From Veleropilina oligotropha (Eukaryota): 64,000 nt of DNA. This document shows, in pieces, positions 13,474 through 21,666 of the stretch. The first letter of the stretch is position 1. Every line of letters begins with the position of its first letter. Position numbers and translations under genes: made by a program. The notes beneath the pieces are model-generated. The model searched no databases. It was not told the origin of the DNA and worked only from the letters and a program-made list of their open reading frames with translations. The stretch lies in assembly GCA_048128005.1 (NCBI GenBank), contig JBEUKZ010000071.1, positions 496,001 to 560,000 of the forward strand, in the 5' to 3' direction.

Positions 13474-13609
13474 AGGGGGGGGGGGGTGAATGCACTTTTT
13501 AGAATGGGAAAATAAGTCTCCTAGCACCTGTTCAGAATATGGGGGGGACTACGGGGTTTAGACTACGGGCCCACGGCCGCCGGGAAGGCTCCCGGCCCTA
13601 TTTCGGAAC
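13471..13609 (+). repeat. Degenerate second tandem copy of the outer part of the left TIR
   Basis: AGCAGGGG...GTGAAT...TTTTTAGAATGG...GCCCACGGCCGCCGGG...CCCTATTTC repeats 13282-13427. Confidence 0.85.
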
Positions 13610-13777
13610 GCGATTGTGTAAAACTCCCTTCTTACCGCCTTTGGTCTTCTTCTTAAAGACCGCCTGTTCACCATCGTCGAGGTCAACAATCAAAACGTCG
13701 TAGCCCGATTTCAAGAGGGTCCTGATGCGTCGGGAACTTTTGGCGCCGTGCAACCTGGGAACGTCTTTCTGCGTCAT
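13598..13777 (-). CDS. Small basic hypothetical protein (59 aa), below the ORF-track cutoff
   Basis: Manual translation MTQKDVPRLHGAKSSRRIRTLLKSGYDVLIVDLDDGEQAVFKKKTKGGKKGVLHNRVPK*. Confidence 0.35.
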   Translation of the reverse strand: MTQKDVPRLHGAKSSRRIRTLLKSGYDVLIVDLDDGEQAVFKKKTKGGKKGVLHNRVPK

Positions 13778-13940
13778 GTTGCTTTCAAGTATAACTACAC
13801 AGCGTCTAACACGACCAGCTATTTCGCGCCGATATAGTAGTATGTAGTAAGAGCCCTTAGGGACGGCCCGTTACCCTCGCCGGCCCGGGCTTTCTTTTAG
13901 ACATACCCATTGGACGGGTATATCCAATGCAAAGGATACG

Positions 13941-14216
13941 ATGAAGGGCTATGACACCTGTCAATGGCTCACCATCAGCTCCACGGAGTTATGCGGTAAG
14001 AGATGTCTGAGCGAGTTTTGCAAAGTCCACCTGGCTCGGCAACGGCGAAATGGCTGGGGCACAAAGCCCTGCATCAAATGCGGCAAAGGCGTTTTCAACC
14101 GGTTTACGTTGTGTAAGGGCTGTGGGTATCGGAGTGAGAATGCTAAGGACTGGCAGCGAAAGAACAGAGCCTTCCAGAGAGAGTTTCTCCGCGTGGCTGC
14201 AATTTACCACACGTAA
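13941..14216 (+). CDS. Small Cys/His-rich zinc-finger protein
   Basis: C-x10-C-x3-C-x4-C-x2-H followed by CxxC...CxxC; ATG start; directly precedes the replicase. Confidence 0.65.
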   Translation: MKGYDTCQWLTISSTELCGKRCLSEFCKVHLARQRRNGWGTKPCIKCGKGVFNRFTLCKGCGYRSENAKDWQRKNRAFQREFLRVAAIYHT

Positions 14217-14263
14217 TTTCCTATTAGAGAAATGAATGCCGTAGTGTATACCCGCCCAGCAAC

Positions 14264-17200
14264 ATGGATGAACTGCGTACTTTAGCGAAAGATTACGGGA
14301 TTCCCGCTCGGTCGAAGCTCAAGAAGAATGACCTCATCAGGGCAATAGCCGGGGTCCGTGCTGCCGAGTTTCGGAGGAGACTCGAGCGGGCGATGAAAAC
14401 GGGAAGGTTCCCCTCCATACGTGGAGATGTGGAGAACCCCCACAAAAGAGGCCGTCGTGCTCGCGAAATGCGGCAGCTTAAGGACGAGGTTGGTGTGGCC
14501 CTCAAGGCCCGTAAATACGAAATCCAGGCTGCGAAAAAGCCCGGGATACGACAGCGGCCACTTCGTAACATCACCGATCGAATCGTCAAGCCATACCTGC
14601 ACGGTCTGACTAGGTCTCGGAAAGAGACCCTTGCCCGGGCTATTGCTCGGAAGGGTCCCGATCTTCTCATCTCCAAAAAGCCCCGGACAGCCCAGGACTA
14701 CCAGAAGGATCTTCTAGGGCTGTTTACCACAACAGAGGGGCAACAATTCATCGACCTGGATGTCCAGGCCCCTCCCCCAGTAAGGCTCCCAGCAAAAGAG
14801 CCATGGGTGGAACTCTTGAACGACGCCAAAGACGAGTTTGAGGTCGATGGCGCCGCGGCGGCCTTCTCCACTTGGAGGGTAGAAGTGGACGTTGAGATCG
14901 CACACGGCATCGAAGCGAGGGCTGGCCGGCTGGCCCTGGATGCCCGTATGACAGATGCGAGGGCGGTACAGCTCCTCACAGCCCTTCCAAAAGGCGAGTA
15001 TGTCCTTAGAATCAAGTTCTTGCGTTCCTGGGGTGAAGGCAACTGGATGGTTGAAGACAAGTTTGATCCGGTGAAGGCTGCGAGAAAGAAGGGCCAGGGC
15101 GTCTTTGAGATATCTCATGACACTAAGCCGGGTGCTATAACTGGGGTCGACAAAGTCTACTACGAGAACGCCTACCCGGTCACTGCAGTCGTCTACGGCC
15201 TCTACCCTCTCAGAGAACCAAACCCCGCCAACCTGGTTCCAATGAAGAACGGCGACCTCAACTGCGTTGCCCAAAGAGTGATTGAGCACTTTGAAGGTGC
15301 GCTGAGAGGAAACGGACTCACCCCGACAAGGCGGCAGAAAATACAGGAGTGGGAAGAGCGAGTCCATGAAACGGGCGCCACTGTGGATGATATATCCATC
15401 CTCGAGAAGATACTGAAGCGGGCGATTGTCTTGAGAGACATTGCAGGTGCGGACATCTACAACAGTGGGAAGTACCGCGGTCAAGGAAACAATACATTCA
15501 GAAACGTAGAACTCATCTGCCACAACGGCCACGCCTGGCCCAAAGAGCTGCACTTTCCGCAGTCTCGCGAGGTCCACCTGTATGAGGGCGATGTCTGGGA
15601 AGCTATTCGACAAGCCACACATAATGAGCCATTGGCTGTCTGGCTCCTTGGTGGTACAGACCGACAGCTCAACGTGAACCAGTTCGTGCTTCAGGACGGC
15701 CGCACTTACAGGACGAAAGAGACTCACACCGCTCTTCAGGAAGCCTGTAAGGCTCTGGGGAACGAGTCTCTTGCCGATCGAGCCTTTGGCGAGAACCATG
15801 CAGCTAGCATTATGGCCAAAGAGAACAACGGCTGGAAACCTACCCCGGCTGGTCTGCTCGATGACATCCAGAAGGCCTGCGTAGAGCATGATCACGGTGG
15901 CCTGTGGAATTGCATGAACTATGATACGAGAGATGTCGTCTGTATCGATATGAAAGCCTGCTACCCTGCAAGCTTTCAGGGGAAGGGCGAGGCTAAGCCA
16001 TATTTCGAAAGATTCGGACACCAAACCCACAGCATGACTCGAGTCGCAATTAACGGTCCTCTTCCCCAAGAAATCGGCACCGGGTTTGCCGAGGTCGTGG
16101 AATGGGAGTTTGCACAAGAAATCCACCCCACCCTCCCCGCATGGTTCGGAAAGCACTTTGCAGAAATGAGTTGGGCACCAACCCCGCTGCTCGCCTTCCT
16201 CCTAGAATCTGGACTGCTAAAAAGCCTCAAGATCCGAGAAGCCATCATTGCATTCAAAAAGCAACTCGATGTCTGGCTTCCTCCGGATCGTGACCAGGGC
16301 TGCAGCATTATCGGCAAATTCACCCAAGGCGCCAAAGCTGACGGAAAAAGATTGACTCGGAGACTGGTGACCGACCAGGGCGAACTGGACTTCCTCGTAA
16401 GAGACACCCATCAAAGCGGCACCCTGGTTGGCGCTCCTCAAAGATGCCCCCTCGGTCACATCCTCACGTACTATGATGGCTCCCAGCCTCAGTACGCCCA
16501 CCTGAGGGCATCGATGCTGGCCTATGCCCACATAAACCTCTTGAGCATGCTCCAGCGTTTCAGTGCAGCAGAAGCCGTACGCGTGGCCACCGACAGCATC
16601 TACCTCAAAAAGGCCTCGTTGGAGAAGCTCGACGATGTCAAGGCGTACGTTGCCCCCCAACTCTGCGACTGTGGCGATAAATCGTGCATCTCCTGTCTGA
16701 TCGGGGAGACATACCTTCCGCCAGTAGCACCGGCCCAGTGGCGTGACAAGGGCGAACAGCTGTACATGCCACAGGAACATGCCTCATACCTGCCCAAGCC
16801 AGAGTATTGTTGTGCCGCTAATTCCAGCCAGCCAAGCACCGCGCCATGCTACAATGACACGCTGACCCACCATCGCCTGAGTTACCTCAACGGTGGAGGG
16901 GGCTGTGGCAAGACTACGAGAGCAATCGAGCTCTTTCGGGCAAGAAATCCCATTGTGTTCACGCCAACCCACCGCCTCGCTAAAGAGATGCGGACCAGGC
17001 GTGTCAAAGCCCAGACCTACCACAGTTTCTTCCGATGGAGCGGTCAGAATGACTGGATGCCCGATCGCATGGGTCAGAAGTTCATCCCCCGCGTCATTAT
17101 CTGGGACGAGGTCTGTACTGTCCCCCGGCCTATTCTCGAGATGTTCTTGGACTGGCTGGGCCAGCACGAAGTTCAGGTTTTCTGCTGTGGGGACCAGGGC

Positions 17201-18169
17201 CAGCCACCACCGATTACGGGGGAGATGCCGCACGAGTGGCTGCGAGGGACCGCGGACTACTATGAAGAGATCGAAGTAGACTACAGGGCGAAAGACGACC
17301 CTGCCCTGCAAGCCCTGAAAAGGCGTATCCGTCTCCAGCCCGACAAAGTCCAGTGCGGGGAAATGCGTAAGACTCTCCCCAGCTGCCTTGGATGGGACCG
17401 GTTTATCAACACCTGGAAGCCAGGCGACCTAATCCTCACCAGCCGTCAGAAAGTCCACGAACGGGCTCAAGAGCTGTTGCTCCAGAGGCACAAGGAGCAC
17501 TTCCCAGACTCCCAGGTTCCTATCCTTTACCACCCCAGGGACACCCGTAAGCAAAACATCATGGTAACGATTCCGGGCATCGACGAACGACAGGAGCTAG
17601 TTCTCAACGACGTCGTTGAGGTCACCATTGAGGCCGCTGAGAGGGCTATCCTGACCCCGGATTGTTGCCTGGGCTATGCTCTCACCATCCATTCGAGCCA
17701 GGGTCTTACGATTCACGACCCACAGAGAGTCTGGATCATCGACGACTACCTTCAGTGGAGCAATCTCGCCTACCTAGCCGTGTCCCGGGTGGAGTATCTG
17801 CATCAGCTCGAATGGGTAACATGTCCTCCGGATGAGGGTTCTGAGGACAGCCCCCTCAATGCGCAAGCGCAGCAGAGCAAGCAGCAGCTCCGAAAAACCA
17901 TCCAGAGGAAGCTCGTGGCGTACAAACGCCAGGACCAGGCAAAGGGACTCCAGGGATTTAACCTCAAGGTCGATGACATCCTGCAGCTCAAAGACGCCCA
18001 AAACAACCGCTGCGCAGCATGCAACATAGAGCTGCTCTGGGCCTACCAGCCCAAAGACACACAGCAGTTCAGTGTCGACCGTGTGGACAACAGCAGGGGC
18101 CACATCCGCGACAACGTGCGCTTAACGTGTCTGGAATGTAACCGAAAACGAGGGAGCAGCAGCTGCTAA
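14264..18169 (+). CDS. Multidomain replicase: HEH/Rho-N-like domain + divergent family-B DNA polymerase + SF1B (RecD/Pif1-like) helicase + HNH endonuclease
   Basis: Pol motifs IDMKACYP (A), SIIGKF (B-like), VATDSIY (C). Helicase motifs GGGGCGKTT, FTPTHRLA, TYHSFF, IIWDE, GDQGQPPP, YALTIHSSQGLT, YLAVSR. C-terminal CAAC...SVDRVDNSRGHIRDNVRLTCLECN. Confidence 0.85.
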   Translation: MDELRTLAKDYGIPARSKLKKNDLIRAIAGVRAAEFRRRLERAMKTGRFPSIRGDVENPHKRGRRAREMRQLKDEVGVALKARKYEIQAAKKPGIRQRPLRNITDRIVKPYLHGLTRSRKETLARAIARKGPDLLISKKPRTAQDYQKDLLGLFTTTEGQQFIDLDVQAPPPVRLPAKEPWVELLNDAKDEFEVDGAAAAFSTWRVEVDVEIAHGIEARAGRLALDARMTDARAVQLLTALPKGEYVLRIKFLRSWGEGNWMVEDKFDPVKAARKKGQGVFEISHDTKPGAITGVDKVYYENAYPVTAVVYGLYPLREPNPANLVPMKNGDLNCVAQRVIEHFEGALRGNGLTPTRRQKIQEWEERVHETGATVDDISILEKILKRAIVLRDIAGADIYNSGKYRGQGNNTFRNVELICHNGHAWPKELHFPQSREVHLYEGDVWEAIRQATHNEPLAVWLLGGTDRQLNVNQFVLQDGRTYRTKETHTALQEACKALGNESLADRAFGENHAASIMAKENNGWKPTPAGLLDDIQKACVEHDHGGLWNCMNYDTRDVVCIDMKACYPASFQGKGEAKPYFERFGHQTHSMTRVAINGPLPQEIGTGFAEVVEWEFAQEIHPTLPAWFGKHFAEMSWAPTPLLAFLLESGLLKSLKIREAIIAFKKQLDVWLPPDRDQGCSIIGKFTQGAKADGKRLTRRLVTDQGELDFLVRDTHQSGTLVGAPQRCPLGHILTYYDGSQPQYAHLRASMLAYAHINLLSMLQRFSAAEAVRVATDSIYLKKASLEKLDDVKAYVAPQLCDCGDKSCISCLIGETYLPPVAPAQWRDKGEQLYMPQEHASYLPKPEYCCAANSSQPSTAPCYNDTLTHHRLSYLNGGGGCGKTTRAIELFRARNPIVFTPTHRLAKEMRTRRVKAQTYHSFFRWSGQNDWMPDRMGQKFIPRVIIWDEVCTVPRPILEMFLDWLGQHEVQVFCCGDQGQPPPITGEMPHEWLRGTADYYEEIEVDYRAKDDPALQALKRRIRLQPDKVQCGEMRKTLPSCLGWDRFINTWKPGDLILTSRQKVHERAQELLLQRHKEHFPDSQVPILYHPRDTRKQNIMVTIPGIDERQELVLNDVVEVTIEAAERAILTPDCCLGYALTIHSSQGLTIHDPQRVWIIDDYLQWSNLAYLAVSRVEYLHQLEWVTCPPDEGSEDSPLNAQAQQSKQQLRKTIQRKLVAYKRQDQAKGLQGFNLKVDDILQLKDAQNNRCAACNIELLWAYQPKDTQQFSVDRVDNSRGHIRDNVRLTCLECNRKRGSSSC

Positions 18170-19164
18170 CGCCTGAGAACCGGCGGCAGTTGGGTGTCAC
18201 GAGGCACCACAAGAAGTTCCTCTCGAACAAACCCACGCGGTGGTCCATCGAGCAAGTAGTAGAGCACAGGCTCGTCAGGTTTGGTGATGGAGCGTCCAAG
18301 CCGGTGAACCGTCAAAGACCACACCGGGTCCGTCGCTCGCCGGCGACCACCCTCCAACTCGCCGGGCTGGTATAGGTAGCGAACATCTACGTCAGAGGGG
18401 AGTTTCTGTTCCTTCCCCTGTCGGTCTGGAACAGTGGAAGAGGGCTTTTGGGCAACGCGAGGTGCCTTAATGGCATCCTCGGGCTTTTTACCGGTGAGGC
18501 GGGTCACTTCCCCATTCAAGGCCGCAACAACGGCGGGCAGCCTGGCCACCCACTCAGTCGACCTTTGACCCTCTTTTGCAGTCCCTGCGAAACGCATCTC
18601 TTTTGCATACTGGTGCCCAAAGAGCCGCTCAGCGAGCGTCCGGTTGAAGCGCTCCACGATCCCTTGATCGCGATGGAGATCCACACGGCCACGCCTAACC
18701 TCGACATTATTCTTTGCCAGCAGCTGGGAGACCACGCCCATAAACTCTCGCCCTGGATCAACCTGAAGCAATTTCGGCCACCTAAGAGGACTCCGCCTGT
18801 AGATTCGAGACAGAGCTTCAGCAACCCCTTTGGCCTCTTTTGTGTCCAATGGCTCCGCTTCTTTAAAGCGACTGGCCACATCAACCACAGTCAAAGCGTA
18901 CTTATAGGTCTTGCGTCTGACCTTGTCGTGGGGGAGAAACAGGAGGTCGGCTTGGTGAACCTCATTCGGCGTTACGACGTCAAACCGTGGTCGTGGGATG
19001 CGGCGAGGGGTGGGAAGGTTGATCTGCCATATAGCCTGCCTCTTAAGCCATGTCCGGGCCTCCATTTCAGACGCCTTGGCAGCCTCAGCTAGTTTCTTGA
19101 TGGCTGCAATTCCTTTCCAGTAGCCCTTAGGGCTGTAGTATATCCTCGCAAGCTTACTATCCAT
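18166..19164 (-). CDS. Retroviral-like (RVE, DDE) integrase of Polinton type
   Basis: HQADLLFL, YALTVVDVASRF, LQVDPGREF, GIVERFNRTL; N-terminal IYYSPKGY as in Maverick integrases. Confidence 0.93.
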   Translation of the reverse strand: MDSKLARIYYSPKGYWKGIAAIKKLAEAAKASEMEARTWLKRQAIWQINLPTPRRIPRPRFDVVTPNEVHQADLLFLPHDKVRRKTYKYALTVVDVASRFKEAEPLDTKEAKGVAEALSRIYRRSPLRWPKLLQVDPGREFMGVVSQLLAKNNVEVRRGRVDLHRDQGIVERFNRTLAERLFGHQYAKEMRFAGTAKEGQRSTEWVARLPAVVAALNGEVTRLTGKKPEDAIKAPRVAQKPSSTVPDRQGKEQKLPSDVDVRYLYQPGELEGGRRRATDPVWSLTVHRLGRSITKPDEPVLYYLLDGPPRGFVREELLVVPRDTQLPPVLRR

Positions 19165-19387
19165 CAGCAATGTATTCCAGTAAACTGATCAGTCTCCAAC
19201 AGGCTTCAGCTGCCGCCTCCGGAAGCTGCCCAGTCGTCGCCCGTAGGTTGGTCGGGCCCGAGAGCACCAGGACCGCGAACCGCACCATAGTCTTTTCGTT
19301 GCGCCGCCAGCAGTCGAGTGACGTAGTACCAAGGCCCACCCCGCTGACCGCAAGCATGGCAAAGTACAGCTCTTCTGGGAGCCCCAT
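19157..19387 (-). CDS. Small hypothetical viral protein (MGLPEELYFAMLAVSGVG...)
   Basis: Fills the gap between co-oriented genes and its stop overlaps the integrase start; no recognisable motif. Confidence 0.35.
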   Translation of the reverse strand: MGLPEELYFAMLAVSGVGLGTTSLDCWRRNEKTMVRFAVLVLSGPTNLRATTGQLPEAAAEACWRLISLLEYIADG

Positions 19388-19426
19388 CCTATACGCACAC
19401 GAAAAAATGTCCAAACATGGAAATAA

Positions 19427-19855
19427 TTAGGCGAGCTTGTAGGCGACCAACCCGGTCGCAGCCATCCCCAGGATGATGAAGGTGATCTCTCGCGTTTTTT
19501 GGCCATCGCTCGGCGTGTAGTAGTCAGACAGGGCGGGCTCAGGGCCACCTCCCAGGCCGGGGTCAAGGTTCTTGCCGGTGATCAAGGCATACTCACGGAT
19601 CGCGGCGTCAACATCCCGGAATGTGCCAACAGCGTGACCCTGGCGGCGAAGTTCAACGTTCAGCCAGTCGAGACGCTCCGCCCTCTGTTGTGACCACTTA
19701 GTCTGAGCGGCGTTGAGCTGCTCTACGGCTTTGTCGTGACGTTTACGCTCCTCGTCGACACCGGAGCTGCGTAGCTTCGAGAATAGGAAGTTGGACCCGC
19801 TGAAGGCGAGGGCGTTGACGAGAGCGCCCCCAACCAGCATCGCAATGGAAGCCAT
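19427..19855 (-). CDS. Hypothetical viral membrane protein (hydrophobic N- and C-termini, central coiled coil)
   Basis: MASIAMLVGGALVNALAFSG...EERKRHDKAVEQL...ITFIILGMAATGLVAYKLA. Confidence 0.75.
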   Translation of the reverse strand: MASIAMLVGGALVNALAFSGSNFLFSKLRSSGVDEERKRHDKAVEQLNAAQTKWSQQRAERLDWLNVELRRQGHAVGTFRDVDAAIREYALITGKNLDPGLGGGPEPALSDYYTPSDGQKTREITFIILGMAATGLVAYKLA

Positions 19856-19885
19856 TGAAGTGCTGCGATTATCTAGCAGGTCCCA

Positions 19886-20128
19886 CTACTTCAAAACGTC
19901 GGCTGGAATGATGCCTTGCTTAATCAGCATGTCCTTCGTCGCCATGGCGAGCGCTACGTCGAGGACCACCATTCCGACATCATAACCAGTGAAGTCCAGT
20001 TTGGGGCTTGGTCCCTTGAATACCATCTTTGTCAGGCGTGAGTAGCCGATGGCGAGGCCAGACACGATAGCTGCATGGTAGACAGCGTTGCCAAGCATTT
20101 TTCCATCGGTGATTGGGGTAGTCATGTT
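19886..20128 (-). CDS. Small hydrophobic viral protein
   Basis: MTTPITDGKMLGNAVYHAAIVSGLAIGY...VGMVVLDVALAMATKDML; part of the co-oriented gene block. Confidence 0.65.
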   Translation of the reverse strand, partial: NMTTPITDGKMLGNAVYHAAIVSGLAIGYSRLTKMVFKGPSPKLDFTGYDVGMVVLDVALAMATKDMLIKQGIIPADVLK

Positions 20129-20138
20129 ATGGTGAAGC

Positions 20139-20372
20139 TTATCGCATATGGAACGGGTTGTGCTCATTCTTCAATTCGGTGGTGGTTGGGGTGGGCTGCC
20201 TCGCCTGTGCTGGTGGCTGTTGATATGGTGTGGAGGAACCCCTGCTGCGTTTCCAGACAACAAATAACAACGCAACCCCGCCTGCAGCGAAGAGTCCATG
20301 GGTCCAATTAAATGGGTCCGATTTCCGTGTAGCTGACTGTACGGCGCGAACGTCCTTTTCGACCGCGGTCAC
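20139..20372 (-). CDS. Small single-TM viral protein, 5' end possibly lost
   Basis: TM-like GLFAAGGVALLFVVW followed by basic residues and a Pro/Thr-rich tail; non-ATG start. Confidence 0.5.
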   Translation of the reverse strand: MTAVEKDVRAVQSATRKSDPFNWTHGLFAAGGVALLFVVWKRSRGSSTPYQQPPAQARQPTPTTTELKNEHNPFHMR

Positions 20373-20839
20373 CTCGGCCGGGGTATTACCACCAGCGGCG
20401 CCAGATACGAGCCGTATTTGTGATACAGCTCACAGCTTGCAGTGCACAGCGCATGTGCGATGAACGGGTCGGCCTCCAGGTCGGCGATCAGTCGTAGCTG
20501 GTTTGGGATAGGCAAGCACATCCCCGCTACACCCGCATAAAGCTGTATAGCGGCAGTCCCCAGAGTCTTCGTCATCTCGGCACCGAGCCTCGCTTCGTAC
20601 CGTGCGTGGTATTTGTCGATCTCATCATCGGTCATCTCGTCGATTCGGTCAATTGTGAGGTTGCGCCCCAAGTATCTGTGGGCCTGTCCTCCAACGGCTA
20701 GCGCGGCAAGCCTCTCCCGCTTCTTTGCCGTGCCTACGGAGTTACTGACAGGTTCCTCGCCGGAGGTCGTCGAGCGGGGTGGGCCGGTGACGGTCGTTTC
20801 TTGTTCGTCGTCCATGAGTTGGTCGAGAAGGCTGTCCAT
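20369..20839 (-). CDS. Hypothetical viral protein (MDSLLDQLMDDEQ...)
   Basis: Globular-looking ORF in the co-oriented block; the ORF track extends it to 20968. Confidence 0.6.
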   Translation of the reverse strand: MDSLLDQLMDDEQETTVTGPPRSTTSGEEPVSNSVGTAKKRERLAALAVGGQAHRYLGRNLTIDRIDEMTDDEIDKYHARYEARLGAEMTKTLGTAAIQLYAGVAGMCLPIPNQLRLIADLEADPFIAHALCTASCELYHKYGSYLAPLVVIPRPR

Positions 20840-21033
20840 CCTGAAGCGTTTCCAACAGCGCCTCGCCGGTCTAATATAGCCGTACCACAGCCAGAACCAC
20901 CATGTTAGCAGTAGCAGCGACATCAGGCTCTGGCTGCAAGCAATGACTAGGTATACCGCATCCGACATGCGAGAGCTTGCTCAGTAGATGCCTGGTAGGT
21001 GCTTGGTAGATGCTAGGGCTAGCCAAGTAGCTG

Positions 21034-21666
21034 CTACAACACACTATAAGCAACGGGCTGGTCAGTTTTCAACAGAAGCTTGGCGTGCCGGGTCTCGGCC
21101 AACAGGCGGCGTACCACGGTTCTCTCATCCTGCGACTGAATGACATCGTTCTCGCGGAGACAGTCCTCGAAGGAATCTCGGTCCTTACAGGCAAATAGCG
21201 CGATCCAGCGGGTCTGCTCTCGCAGCTCTTTCAATATCGAGTTGTATTTCTGCGACACCACCCACACGGACTGGGAGGCATGCCTTCCGCTAAAAACCAG
21301 CTCAGTCAGCATGTCCCGTTTTTTGGCGAGGGCTTTGCTGGCGGCGCAGTCGTCGATTATGTACAGAGTCGACTCCCCCTGGAAAAGCCGGTAGAACCCC
21401 CGCAACCAGTCATGGAGTCGCTCACCAGGGGGGATTATGTACACCTCCGGGTCAGTCCAGATCCACGGACAGGACTGGTATGCTTTGTTGTACTTGATCG
21501 TGGGGCAGAGGATCACAATATGCCGGAACACTCCTAGGTACTCCCCCTCCAGAAGTTCAAGCATGAAAACCGTCTTCCCACAGCCCGTCTGGCCGCAGAT
21601 GATTGCGGAGTGGGGGTCTTTGGTGTGCGGAAATTTTTTAGTACAGCGCGGTGACAAATCGGCCAT
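21034..21666 (-). CDS. A32/FtsK-HerA family DNA packaging ATPase
   Basis: Walker A GQTGCGKT, Walker B YIIDD, arginine-finger/Q motif SGRHASQSVWVVSQ; next to the capsid gene. Confidence 0.92.
   Translation of the reverse strand: MADLSPRCTKKFPHTKDPHSAIICGQTGCGKTVFMLELLEGEYLGVFRHIVILCPTIKYNKAYQSCPWIWTDPEVYIIPPGERLHDWLRGFYRLFQGESTLYIIDDCAASKALAKKRDMLTELVFSGRHASQSVWVVSQKYNSILKELREQTRWIALFACKDRDSFEDCLRENDVIQSQDERTVVRRLLAETRHAKLLLKTDQPVAYSVL

Noticed and set aside
14264..18169. Helitron RepHel interpretation of the helicase ORF
   Set aside because: No HUH/Y2 Rep motifs are seen, and the element has TIRs, a TSD, an integrase and capsid-like genes.
14282..19092. Long antisense/overlapping ORFs (e.g. 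14714-16156, 18448-19092)
   Set aside because: Shadow ORFs opposite GC-rich real genes, with no recognisable motifs.
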